A DNA stretch of 64,000 nucleotides from Bacteroides fragilis (GCA_945889005.1 CAMDBI010000008.1:10473-74472), one strand, 5' to 3'. Positions 29,993 through 38,889 are shown, numbered from the stretch's first letter. Translations and numbers: made by a program. The notes: generated by a model not told the origin, from the sequence alone.

Positions 29993-30162
29993 TTTTCAAT
30001 CATTAATTTGACCTCATCATTAGCAACCACTCGACCTTCCTTTGACTGCAACAATCCAACTTCTACTTTCTCAATAAAAATAAGCTGTTCTATTAATTCG
30101 TCTATTGAAAAAGAATCGGGAAGTCTCTTTACCATCTTATTTACAATTGCTTTTGTCAACAT
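29980..30162 (-). CDS. Cognate antitoxin (small, upstream of the ParE-like toxin)
   Basis: 60-aa ORF overlapping the toxin start in the position and at the size typical of an antitoxin. The sequence family is not nameable. Confidence 0.65.
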   Translation of the reverse strand: MLTKAIVNKMVKRLPDSFSIDELIEQLIFIEKVEVGLLQSKEGRVVANDEVKLMIEKWTK

Positions 30163-30428
30163 GGATTTTTTCTGTAAAGATAAAAACTTTTAATGCAAAA
30201 CTTAATCCCAAATTGATAAATTTAGGAGCACGCATTATTGTTCTCTTTACTAAAATGAATCGTATTATTTTCAATTGAACGATATAGAATATAGCCGATT
30301 TAGTAGATAGGCTATATTCCAAGCGACCGAGTTACATTCTACGCCAATCTGTGTTGTTAATCGAAGCTTTCGCTTCGATCTTTATATCTTTATTTGCATT
30401 TGCAAAAAACATCAATATTGCTTTATAA

Positions 30429-30506
30429 AATTGCAATTAAAACGTAGCAAATGCTACAAGACATTGTTCGACGTAGTTACGCAGCACTAAACTACGCCGA
30501 ACCAAG
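30429..30506 (+). repeat. 78-nt structured repeat, copy 2
   Basis: Direct repeat of 29611-29688 (7 mismatches). Together the two copies bracket the 29699-30162 TA cassette. Confidence 0.8.
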
Positions 30507-30616
30507 CTACTGGCTCATTCTAGCCGATCAGAGGGTTTAATATTGTTTTTTATGATTGAATATGTTATATCTTATTTTTAATGATTTAATTTTGCTAATG
30601 TTCAAAATAAAACAAT

Positions 30617-30868
30617 ATGAATACACAACATATACAGTTAAATGTTCCGCTAAGTTTTAAGCAGTTAATTGACATTATAAAGCAGCTATCGCCTATTGAG
30701 AAGCAGCAACTTAGTGAAGTTTTGTGGACTGAACAAAGTGTTGACGATGTTGTAATTCCCGATGAACATAAACAAATTGTTAAGCAGCGCATAAAAAAAT
30801 ATGAAAACCAGCCAAATAGCTATCTTTCTTGGGATGATATTGAATGCAAAATGGCTGCCCGAAAATGA
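30617..30868 (+). CDS. Antitoxin, 'addiction module component' type
   Basis: 83 aa with a C-terminal IPDEHKQIVKQRIKKYENQPNSYLSWDDIE, typical of the Unstab_antitox-type family. Its stop overlaps the toxin start (ATGA). Confidence 0.75.
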   Translation: MNTQHIQLNVPLSFKQLIDIIKQLSPIEKQQLSEVLWTEQSVDDVVIPDEHKQIVKQRIKKYENQPNSYLSWDDIECKMAARK

Positions 30869-31173
30869 AATTTACAATTGAATATAACCCCGATTTCTTT
30901 AACGACATAGTAGCAGCTGTTGACTGGTACAATGAAAAACAAGCAGGACTGGGCGACAAGTTTTTTAAAATCATAAAACAACAAACAGCCAAGCTTTCAA
31001 CTTCTGCTTTGCATTATGCTGTAAAATACGATGATATTCGCTGTATGGGTGTAAACAAGTTCCCATATCTGATACATTACCGTGTTAATGAGTACACCAA
31101 AACAGTAAAAGTTGAAGCTTTATTCCATACCAGCCGAAACCCCAATATCTGGAACGAACGTACATATTATTAA
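30865..31173 (+). CDS. Type II toxin, RelE/ParE family
   Basis: 102 aa from ATG 30865, with FPYLIHYRVNEYTKTVKVEALFHTSRNPNIW, the characteristic C-terminus. Confidence 0.8.
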   Translation: MKFTIEYNPDFFNDIVAAVDWYNEKQAGLGDKFFKIIKQQTAKLSTSALHYAVKYDDIRCMGVNKFPYLIHYRVNEYTKTVKVEALFHTSRNPNIWNERTYY

Positions 31174-31176
31174 ACA

Positions 31177-31208
31177 CAAAAAGCCCCGGTATTACGAGGC
31201 TTTTTGCT
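31177..31208. terminator. Bidirectional-looking terminator hairpin (A-tract / GC hairpin / T-tract)
   Basis: AAAAAGCCCCGGTATTACGAGGCTTTTTGC. A near-copy occurs at 32204-32233. Confidence 0.6.
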
Positions 31209-31336
31209 TTTTTTCTCTTGCTGAATTGCAAATTCAGACATATTACAAGCGGCATTGCAACCGACCAAAGGGAGCTCAGCGAAGCTAAATGCCGCTTGGC
31301 GCTTTGTACAATCATTTGCCGCTCAGCAAGGGGAGG

Positions 31337-31400
31337 CCTTCGCACTTGGCTGGCGCGCGTCTGTGACGCGTGCCTTTACCTACCGTCGTTTGTAACGACA
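31337..31400 (-). repeat. REP-like element R1 (two hairpins)
   Basis: CGCGTC-TGT-GACGCG (31356-31370, extendable to 31352-31374) and GTCGTT-TGT-AACGAC (31385-31399). Confidence 0.75.
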
Positions 31401-31419
31401 TATATAAATATACCCTTCA

Positions 31420-31989
31420 CTAGTCGTAAGGTTTCCATTTTCTCGATATTAAACAAACATCTAAAACATAAGCCAATTCAGCATAATTCCTTGCAGAACT
31501 GAACAAATAGTCTTCTGCTTTTGAAACTATCATTTCTTCTACTGGATTATTGTGTATATAATCAAGCTTTTGTTCCATAAAGCTATTGCCATAAATTTCT
31601 TTAGCCTGATTGCCATCTTGCCAAAACTTATAATTTTTTATTCGCTTTAATGGTTCACCAGCTTTGGCAAATCGCTCAAGTAGCCATTCTCGGCGACTTT
31701 CAGGTTCTTCTTCAATTTGTCTTACTATGACCTTTGATGTGAATTTTTTAAAATCACGTAAAATATCCGAAAGTGTATTTTCTGCTTCTGCCTTTACAAT
31801 CATATGCAAATGACTTGGCATAAGGCACCAGCCAAATATTACCAAACCTTTATGTTGCTGACAATATTTCAACGACTCTACTATTGATAATTTATGGTTT
31901 TTGCGAGTGAAAACATCAATCCAATCAACAACAGTTAACGTAACGAAATATGCCTTTTCGTTATCATTAATTTTATACTTGTCAGACAT
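31420..31989 (-). CDS. REP-associated tyrosine transposase-like protein (IS200/IS605-superfamily Y1 HUH enzyme)
   Basis: 189 aa with the HUH motif in LMPSHLHMIV and a catalytic-Tyr helix KLDYIHNNP. The size and single-gene layout are typical of RAYTs. Confidence 0.85.
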   Translation of the reverse strand: MSDKYKINDNEKAYFVTLTVVDWIDVFTRKNHKLSIVESLKYCQQHKGLVIFGWCLMPSHLHMIVKAEAENTLSDILRDFKKFTSKVIVRQIEEEPESRREWLLERFAKAGEPLKRIKNYKFWQDGNQAKEIYGNSFMEQKLDYIHNNPVEEMIVSKAEDYLFSSARNYAELAYVLDVCLISRKWKPYD

Positions 31990-32099
31990 ATAGGTTTATG
32001 TTTTTTATGCAAGTTATAAAATATTATAGAATATTATAACAGCCCATTTGCTGCTTGCGCTCGTTTGCAATGAGTGCAAGTAATATATTTTGCATATCG

Positions 32100-32183
32100 A
32101 CAATTGTCGTTACAAACGACAGTTGAAAAAAGGATGCATTGTAAATGCGCGCCCGCCTTCGTTGCGAACATCCGCCCATCTGG
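32100..32183 (+). repeat. REP-like element R2
   Basis: TGTCGTT-ACA-AACGACA (32105-32121) and GCATT-GTA-AATGC (32136-32148), then GCGCGCCCGCCTTCGTTGCGAACATCCGCCCATCTGG. It is inverted relative to R1. Confidence 0.75.
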
Positions 32184-32203
32184 GCTTATTAGGTAAAACA
32201 GCA

Positions 32204-32233
32204 AAAAGCCCCGGTCTCCCGAGGCTTTTCTAT
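32204..32233. terminator. Terminator-like hairpin, second copy
   Basis: AAAAAGCCCCGGTCTCCCGAGGCTTTTC (stem GCC.CGG / CCG.GGC). Confidence 0.55.
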
Positions 32234-32267
32234 TTTATTCACTTTCTATTCTCAAAAACCTTTGCTA

Positions 32268-32351
32268 CGCAATTGTCGTTGCAAACGACTGCTTAAAAGG
32301 CACGCATTGTAAATGCGCGCCAGCCTTCGTTGCGAACATCCGCGCCAGCTG
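32268..32351 (+). repeat. REP-like element R3 (direct copy of R2)
   Basis: GTCGTT-GCA-AACGAC (32275-32289) and CGCATT-GTA-AATGCG (32303-32317), then GCGCCAGCCTTCGTTGCGAACATCCGCGCCAGCTGG. Confidence 0.75.
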
Positions 32352-32379
32352 GAAATAAACAAACTCAGGGCGAGAAAGT

Positions 32380-33360
32380 TTAAAATCTGTTCATCCACCT
32401 ATACCGGCGTACCGACTCGCCAAAACGAAGAGCTGCCGTTATCTCGTGCGAGCCAAAGGTCGATAGTTGGCTGGTTTGGAAATTGTAATCGAAGGCGTAA
32501 CCTGCAAAGAATTTGTTTTTCTGTATACCCAAGAGCACCACCGCTGTTGAAACGGTGCGATACGAAAGCCCAAACCAATATTGATCGAGGTAATAGATGC
32601 GTGCCGACAGGTCGAATTGAAAGGTAAGCTGCTCGGTGGTTTTGAGGTAAACCGATGGCTCGAATACAAAATCTTCGGAACGAGAAAACTTATTGCTAAA
32701 TATAAAATTGTACTGGCGGTTGAGCTTATAATTCCTGAGCTTCTCGCTACCAATTTTTATATACGATTCAAAAAGATTTGAAACAGAAAACCCTGCCGTT
32801 AACGTACGGTTATAAAAAAAAGTTCCGGTCGAGAAATCGGGAACAAATACAGGCTCTGCCAATCCTTCTAAATACGTATTGTCGAGCTTGTTGCGAAAAG
32901 AAAGACTAGAGGTATTTATTGCAAACTGCGCTCCAGTAAATGCAAGCCCGAACGACAATTGGGCATTTGGGAAAGCTATATGATGTGCATACGATAAATT
33001 GAACGAAGAGCGTTTGAAAATACCGTGTATATCGCTGTCGATACTTGCTCCCAAGCCTGTTCGTCCGCTTCGCGAAGGTTTGAATTTATTTTTGCCCAAA
33101 AATTTCTGTTTTTTGACAATATAACTTCGACTCAATATACGACCCTGAGTACTAAGCGAGTAATTCCTGGGAGCATCTTTTAGCCCAATCCATTGCTGTC
33201 GCGAAGTAAGATTGATTACAGTATAACCATCGTAACCTGCCAATGCCGGATTGATTAAAAAGCCATTAAGCATATATTGGCTATAATTGGGCATTTGCTG
33301 TGCAAGTACACCAAGTGAGCAAAGCAAAAAAATGAGTATTATCTTAGGGCTACTTTTCAT
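32380..33360 (-). CDS. Type IX secretion system membrane protein, PorP/SprF family
   Basis: 326 aa with a signal peptide followed by the family N-terminus QQMPNYSQYMLNGFLINPALAG...RQQWIGLKDAP and a beta-barrel-like remainder. Its start overlaps the adhesin stop (ATGA). Confidence 0.88.
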   Translation of the reverse strand: MKSSPKIILIFLLCSLGVLAQQMPNYSQYMLNGFLINPALAGYDGYTVINLTSRQQWIGLKDAPRNYSLSTQGRILSRSYIVKKQKFLGKNKFKPSRSGRTGLGASIDSDIHGIFKRSSFNLSYAHHIAFPNAQLSFGLAFTGAQFAINTSSLSFRNKLDNTYLEGLAEPVFVPDFSTGTFFYNRTLTAGFSVSNLFESYIKIGSEKLRNYKLNRQYNFIFSNKFSRSEDFVFEPSVYLKTTEQLTFQFDLSARIYYLDQYWFGLSYRTVSTAVVLLGIQKNKFFAGYAFDYNFQTSQLSTFGSHEITAALRFGESVRRYRWMNRF

Positions 33361-36300
33361 CGAACAATCGAAATTACCCCGGTTAATTTTTCGGAACCAT
33401 CGCCCGGATCAATTACATAGTAATATGAGTCCATAGGTAAATCGCGACCATTGCGAGTTCTGCCATCCCAAATCCGTTTATATCCTCTATCTGATTGAAA
33501 TACCAATTCGCCCCAACGATTGAATACTTGAATAATAGTATTACTGTAATGTGGCACTTCTTTGACATCTTGAGGATCGGCAGTTAACCCAGCTTTAATG
33601 TCCCATATGTCGTTGATACCATCGTTGTTGGGCGAAAATGCATTGGGTACATCGAAACAAGATACCTTGATATTTTTAAGCCTAATAGTGTCGCGCACCA
33701 AACAGCCGTTTTGGTCGGTTATGGCAACATGGTAAATTCCATTGACAAGGTTAAAAATACTATCGCCGGTATCGCCGTTACTCCATTTGATAGCATAGGG
33801 CGGAGTAGCGCCAGTAACCGATACCCGAATCGATCCATCGTGAGTAGCCGGACAATAAGGGTCTCTCGAGATAGTGGTTTCGACCAATGGTTTCGGATGT
33901 GTTACTTCTACACTCTGCTTGCTGTAACAATTGTTGATGTCCTGTATAAGCACTTCGTGTGTGCCCTTTGGAAGGTTCACTGCCGTTTGTGTAATCTGGC
34001 CATCGTTCCACAAGAACTTGTATGGCATAGTGCCTCCAAAAGGAATAGCTCGGGCAGTGCCATCGTTGAAACCAAAGCACGAAGCATTTTTTACATCGAA
34101 ATTGGAAGTAATAATCTCGGGTTGCGTAACCTCTATAGAGTCGCGACCTTTACAATTGTGCAAATCGGTAACTACGACCGAGTACAAACCTGCACCCAAA
34201 CCGGTAACTATGGTATCTTGATCTTTGGAGCTCCACTGGTAGGTAAACGGAGGAGTTCCTCCTTTGGCAGTAACCGAAAGCGATGCGTCTTTTTTGCCCT
34301 GACACGTAATGTTTTGCCCATTGTAATCTGATTCAATACTGATGCTTGGCTTTATAAAATTGGGTTGCGTCAACAAAACAGTGTCTTTTCTCACACAATT
34401 ATTCAAATCGTGCGTTTCGACAGCATACCAACGAGCATCGAGTTCGGCAACCGATGCTGTAAGCGGGCCATGCTCCCATTTGTATCGATAAGGTGCTACA
34501 CCACCATAAGCATCGATGCTTGCTTTGCCATCGTGCGATTCGAAGCAAGTGAGCGGTACGGTGTTTTTAAACGATTCGAGAGGTGTTGATTGGGTCAGGC
34601 TAATTTCTTTCGATTTTGTACACATATTTTTGTCGGTAACCTCTACCTTATACTTGCCAGCTTTGAGGCTATATTGGTTTTGTAAGATTGTATTGACCGT
34701 ATTGCCTGGTGTTACAGCTGTCCAATTGTATGTATATTCCGGAATACCTCCTTTTACAGTCAGAAAAGCACTGCCATTGGCTGATCCGGCACACGAAACC
34801 GAATAGCCTTGATAGTTCGACAAAGAATCTTTAATCGCGATAGAATCGGGCTGGTTAAGTTCAAAATCAAAGGTTTTAGAGCACGATTGACCATATTTTA
34901 CTTTTACAGAGTATTTACCTTCAGAAAGATTTACAATCTTATTAACATCTTGAAGCAATACATTCTTGTTGCTATCGAGCCAATCGTATGTGTAAGTACC
35001 AAATCCGCCCGAAGGATGCACTTCTATCCAAGCATTGTTTCCTCCGTAACAGGCTACATTTTTACCATTGTAATCGGAATATTCCGGTGTTACCTGAGGT
35101 TCGGCGGGCTTGGTAAGAGTAACTGTTGTCGGTACCATACATAATTTATAGCTGTTTTTCAAAGCATCTGTATTATTTAAATCGTTATTTCCCTGAAGAT
35201 TCACCGAATCGATAACAGTTATGATATATTGACCCGATTCGAGATTTTCGCGATACGATGTTGAAATTTTCGACGAAGCATCGGGGTCTAACCATTGATA
35301 TCTAAGTCTGTTCGTATAACTTCGGGCGTCTATTTTGATCCAACCATTGGCCGAATTGTGACACGAAATGTTGTAGGCATCGTAGAAATTGGATTTTGAA
35401 TGAGTTATACTAATTTTTGGAGCACTTAATACCGTAAATTCTTTAGAATTTTCGCAACCTATGATGGTATTTTTAAATAAAAAGAGATATTTGCCAGGAG
35501 CTAGTGATGAAATATTTTTAGTATTACTTATTAAACTATCTTCGATTGGGCTTTCTCCTTTATACCAATAATATTGACTATTATCCCAAGGGAGATCATA
35601 AGGATATATAAATGCATCTTTTGCTCCATAGCATATTTCGTAAATAGATTCTTCTGAATTATAATAATTGCTAGCTATTACAGGCCATTCTAAATTTGTT
35701 TCTACTTTATGACTAGCTTTTGCAGAATCCAAACAGCTATTTGCATCAACCACAACTACTCCATAATCCTTATCTGGGCGAACACCAATAATAGTATCTT
35801 TTAACCTGTAACTTATATTAAAATCTTTAGCCCAAATAGAGACTCGTGCCCAATCATATGTATAAGGTTCGGTTCCTCCTCTAACATAGCATGTTGCCAT
35901 GCCATTGCTTGCTTCTGCGCACGGAGGCAAGCCAAAAATACTAACACTGTCTACAACAAGCTTTTGGGGTTCATAAAGTGTAATCTGTGTACTGTCTTTA
36001 CAACCCTCGCGATGATCCGAAACAATTACTTTGTAGAAACCAACCCCATTTTGTGAAATTATACGGCTTGTCTTGTTATTGCTCCATTTAAAGGTACAAC
36101 TATCTTCGGTATATTTGTATCCATAACTAGCTTCAGTTGCCCCACCATTTACTTTAACCCTTATTGTGTCGTTCTTATCGCCTTTGCACTTCACGTTCCA
36201 TCCCCCGACGTAATTTTTTGCTATTATGTCTAGTTTCATATCGGGCAGCACTTTAACATCGAAAACCGTATCCTTACCTTCGCAAATCTTGCCCGATGCA

Positions 36301-38099
36301 TATTGCAGATTTTTGATAAGTGGTTTGATGGTATATTTAACATTTTGCTCAATGTTAGATGTATTGATGAGTTTGTTGTAAAAAGTATCTAATTCGTAAG
36401 TGCCAGTAATCGCCTCATTGAGTACCGAAATATCGGCTGAGGTGGTAACATGGTAATACTTACTTCCATCGACAATTCCATTGAGCGTTGTCAAAGCAAA
36501 ACGCAAGTTGGTGCTGTCGCATACCCTGTTGTTTGGGTCATCGACAACCAGCGAAATATTGGGCGTTGGGTTCACTTGTATGATTACATCTTTAGTTTCG
36601 CCAATACAATATGTCGTGCTTGGACCGGTTGGTGTAATGCTATAGGTAATATTCAATTTTTTAGAATCATTATTGGTCAATATCTGATTGATGGGATTTG
36701 CAATCGGGACTATGGAATCATTGCTAGAACCGTCTAAAAGAGGATCGGCAGTAACTTTCCATGAATAGGTCGTATTTACAACATCTGTAGTTGGTACTAT
36801 AATGGCAGCATCATTGTTACAAATCGAAATTAGTGAACTCAGAAATGATATCACGGGTATAGAGTCAACTGTCAACAATATTATATCGCTATACTTTTCG
36901 TTGTTGACTTCATCTTTGATCAAACAACGGTATCTGAAACCCGACATATCGAGTGTAGCCTTTTTGATTTCGAGGGTATCGTTTTGGGTATTTGAATAAA
37001 AATCGTTATCGGTAATATTTGAGAATGAGCCGGCTATTGGGGCGACTTGCCATTGGTATGTAAGAGTGCCCTGTCCGGTAGAATTTACAGCAAATGGTGT
37101 AGCAAAGCCATTGCAAATAGCAGTATCCTTTGACTGATAAGGAATACGCGGGCGACCTCGACCTATGGCAAAGTCGGTACTGTCGGTTAAAATTTTGTCG
37201 AGAGCTTTGCGGCTAATTACCGGACTATTCACATTGCCATGTGTGCCGTTTAATGCTAAATCTCCATTATTGTCGCGTCGAAGTATACGCGAAGCACTGT
37301 TGACTCCCGAAAATCCGGAATAATCGAGCTTAATGGAATCAATGTTTACATTGAGCCCATTAAATGCTTTGGTTGCCCAATAACCTTCAGGATGAGTTTC
37401 ATAAACCTCCACACCATTGTCGTCGAAGCCTGGCGATATAATGCCAGCATTGCCAATGGCTGCACTGTTGTATTTTACAAGCAGAGAACCAGTTGGGTTA
37501 CTTGCAAATGATATTTTGAAGGGATTATAGTTGCTTTCTCCGACAGGATAAAGGTATTCGTTGCTATTGTTGACCGTGCGCTCCAAATTGCCAACAACCC
37601 AGCCGTTATCGTGCTCTATAGCTGCATTGTCTGCATTGCTTACGTGTATCCTGTTTGTCCCGGTTTCGATGGTTCCAGACTCGAGCAACAGAGTGCTGTT
37701 GACCAACACATTGTTGTTTAGGCTAATATGCTTGTCGCTTGTTTTGCGCACTTCGAGTCGGTAGAAGGTGTCTTCATCGGTGCAACTTATAGATTTGCTG
37801 TCGAGACCTTCGAAAGCAACCCTACCTGTACCGGGCGTATATGTTGCACTATTGCTCCAGTTGCCGGTTAGGTATAAATTGCCATTGTTTTCGATATCGC
37901 CATTGGCTTCATTGTAGAGGTCTGTGGTGGTAACATGCGTAGAATTACCTATGAAAACTTTTGCACTATGATTATTTACAACTACCTGAGAATATGATAT
38001 TAAGCTGACTGAAACTAGGCTTATAATTAAACATAGTTTTTTCACTATGCCAATATAAGCATTTACGAGTGTTGTAGTATGTTTTTTAAAAACTAACAA
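33357..38099 (-). CDS. SprB-repeat cell-surface adhesin with gliding-motility-associated (T9SS type B) C-terminal domain
   Basis: About 1560-1580 aa with many Cys-anchored SprB-type repeats (C.G..DG...V...GG.PPY.Y.W, e.g. CFESHDGKASIDAYGGVAPYRYKW). The C-terminus reads VPNAFSPNNDGINDIWDIK...FNRWGELVF...WDGRTRNGRDLPMDSYYYVI. The track start 38099 is TTG; GTG at 38045 (MKKLCLIISLVSVSLISYSQ) is the more plausible start. Confidence 0.9.
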   Translation of the reverse strand: MLVFKKHTTTLVNAYIGIVKKLCLIISLVSVSLISYSQVVVNNHSAKVFIGNSTHVTTTDLYNEANGDIENNGNLYLTGNWSNSATYTPGTGRVAFEGLDSKSISCTDEDTFYRLEVRKTSDKHISLNNNVLVNSTLLLESGTIETGTNRIHVSNADNAAIEHDNGWVVGNLERTVNNSNEYLYPVGESNYNPFKISFASNPTGSLLVKYNSAAIGNAGIISPGFDDNGVEVYETHPEGYWATKAFNGLNVNIDSIKLDYSGFSGVNSASRILRRDNNGDLALNGTHGNVNSPVISRKALDKILTDSTDFAIGRGRPRIPYQSKDTAICNGFATPFAVNSTGQGTLTYQWQVAPIAGSFSNITDNDFYSNTQNDTLEIKKATLDMSGFRYRCLIKDEVNNEKYSDIILLTVDSIPVISFLSSLISICNNDAAIIVPTTDVVNTTYSWKVTADPLLDGSSNDSIVPIANPINQILTNNDSKKLNITYSITPTGPSTTYCIGETKDVIIQVNPTPNISLVVDDPNNRVCDSTNLRFALTTLNGIVDGSKYYHVTTSADISVLNEAITGTYELDTFYNKLINTSNIEQNVKYTIKPLIKNLQYASGKICEGKDTVFDVKVLPDMKLDIIAKNYVGGWNVKCKGDKNDTIRVKVNGGATEASYGYKYTEDSCTFKWSNNKTSRIISQNGVGFYKVIVSDHREGCKDSTQITLYEPQKLVVDSVSIFGLPPCAEASNGMATCYVRGGTEPYTYDWARVSIWAKDFNISYRLKDTIIGVRPDKDYGVVVVDANSCLDSAKASHKVETNLEWPVIASNYYNSEESIYEICYGAKDAFIYPYDLPWDNSQYYWYKGESPIEDSLISNTKNISSLAPGKYLFLFKNTIIGCENSKEFTVLSAPKISITHSKSNFYDAYNISCHNSANGWIKIDARSYTNRLRYQWLDPDASSKISTSYRENLESGQYIITVIDSVNLQGNNDLNNTDALKNSYKLCMVPTTVTLTKPAEPQVTPEYSDYNGKNVACYGGNNAWIEVHPSGGFGTYTYDWLDSNKNVLLQDVNKIVNLSEGKYSVKVKYGQSCSKTFDFELNQPDSIAIKDSLSNYQGYSVSCAGSANGSAFLTVKGGIPEYTYNWTAVTPGNTVNTILQNQYSLKAGKYKVEVTDKNMCTKSKEISLTQSTPLESFKNTVPLTCFESHDGKASIDAYGGVAPYRYKWEHGPLTASVAELDARWYAVETHDLNNCVRKDTVLLTQPNFIKPSISIESDYNGQNITCQGKKDASLSVTAKGGTPPFTYQWSSKDQDTIVTGLGAGLYSVVVTDLHNCKGRDSIEVTQPEIITSNFDVKNASCFGFNDGTARAIPFGGTMPYKFLWNDGQITQTAVNLPKGTHEVLIQDINNCYSKQSVEVTHPKPLVETTISRDPYCPATHDGSIRVSVTGATPPYAIKWSNGDTGDSIFNLVNGIYHVAITDQNGCLVRDTIRLKNIKVSCFDVPNAFSPNNDGINDIWDIKAGLTADPQDVKEVPHYSNTIIQVFNRWGELVFQSDRGYKRIWDGRTRNGRDLPMDSYYYVIDPGDGSEKLTGVISIVR

Positions 38100-38114
38100 T
38101 AATATTAATTTAAA

Positions 38115-38153
38115 CGTGAACCGTGGACTGTGAACCGTGGACCGTGAACCGTA
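38115..38153. repeat. Heptanucleotide array CGTGRAC x5.5 (GTYCACG on the minus strand)
   Basis: cgtgaac cgtggac tgtgaac cgtggac cgtgaac cgta, followed by the CTTCGACTCCGCTCAGCAACC motif (38154-38178). It sits in the 88-nt spacer between the FKBP gene and the adhesin gene. Confidence 0.8.
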
Positions 38154-38187
38154 CTTCGACTCCGCTCAGCAACCAAAGTATATATTT

Positions 38188-38880
38188 TTATTTCAAAAGT
38201 TCCAACTCGTACACCAACGCCGAATAGGGCGGAATAATATCTTTCAAACCCTTTTCGCCATAAGCACTTGCCGAAGGTATAAAAACCTTCCACAACGAAC
38301 CGGCTGGCATAATTTGTACTATCTCGCTAATGCCGGGAATTAATCCGGCTGGCGTAGTATGATACGGAACATTTTTAGTGTATGTATCTTCAATCAAACG
38401 TCCGTCGGGTAAAAATCCTTTGATATGAATTTTTACGGAATCGGTTGCCTGAGGTTTCAAACCTGTACCCGATTTAATAATACTGTAACACACCCCATCG
38501 GGCAACATGCCAATACCGGGTTGAGCTTTAACCGCTTCGAACAATTTTTTTTCCAGGGCTTTGCTGCGCTCTGCTGTCATATTGCTTTGATGTTGGCTTA
38601 TTCGGGCTGTGAGGGTTTTGGCATCGACCAATAGGGTCTTGTTTCCAAGGGCATCGTTCATTCCTTGTATAAATAGGTTGGCATTGGTAATAGTAAAGCC
38701 ATTGCCAGCAATAAACTGACCCAAATAAGCCCCCAATGAGTATTGTAAGGTGTCGGACGAGCTCTGTAGCTTAATATCGACAGCTGCAGGCTTCGAAGCT
38801 GCCACTTTTTGAGGTTTGGGTTGAGCCACTAGGGCGAATGTACCTATAAACATGACTAAAAGGAAGATTTGTTTTCTCAT
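38188..38880 (-). CDS. FKBP-type peptidyl-prolyl cis-trans isomerase (FkpA/Mip-like, exported)
   Basis: About 230 aa with a signal peptide, helical dimerisation-like N-domain and C-terminal FKBP domain (GFLPDGRLIEDTY...IPGISEIVQIMPAGSLWKVFIPSASAYGEKG...IPPYSALVYELELL). The first ATG is 38880; the track start 38886 is TTG. Confidence 0.9.
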   Translation of the reverse strand: MRKQIFLLVMFIGTFALVAQPKPQKVAASKPAAVDIKLQSSSDTLQYSLGAYLGQFIAGNGFTITNANLFIQGMNDALGNKTLLVDAKTLTARISQHQSNMTAERSKALEKKLFEAVKAQPGIGMLPDGVCYSIIKSGTGLKPQATDSVKIHIKGFLPDGRLIEDTYTKNVPYHTTPAGLIPGISEIVQIMPAGSLWKVFIPSASAYGEKGLKDIIPPYSALVYELELLK

Positions 38881-38889
38881 TTTCAAATA

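Larger units (their letters stand above)
31337..32183 (-). mobile_element. RAYT-type unit: single Y1 transposase gene flanked by inverted REP-like repeats
   Basis: The transposase gene at 31420-31989 is flanked by 31337-31400 and 32100-32183, which are reverse complements of one another (hand-aligned). No TnpB or second ORF is present. Confidence 0.7.

Noticed and set aside
31218-32627. ORFs 31218-31502, 32090-32296 and 32313-32627 (Arg/Cys/Leu-rich)
   Set aside because: They lie over GC-rich REP-like repeats and terminator hairpins flanking the RAYT gene, or antisense to the PorP/SprF gene. Their composition is dictated by the repeats.
33711-37764. Numerous 65-206-aa plus-strand ORFs within 33.7-37.8 kb; similar antisense ORFs occur in wza (23258-23800), usp (7531-7971), carB (49278-51961) and elsewhere
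   Set aside because: All are antisense or off-frame within long, motif-supported genes, and none has independent support.
38105-38343. ORFs 38105-38293 (-) and 38137-38343 (+)
   Set aside because: Their ends are read from the heptad array and box motif, and the remainder overlaps the well-supported FKBP gene in another frame.
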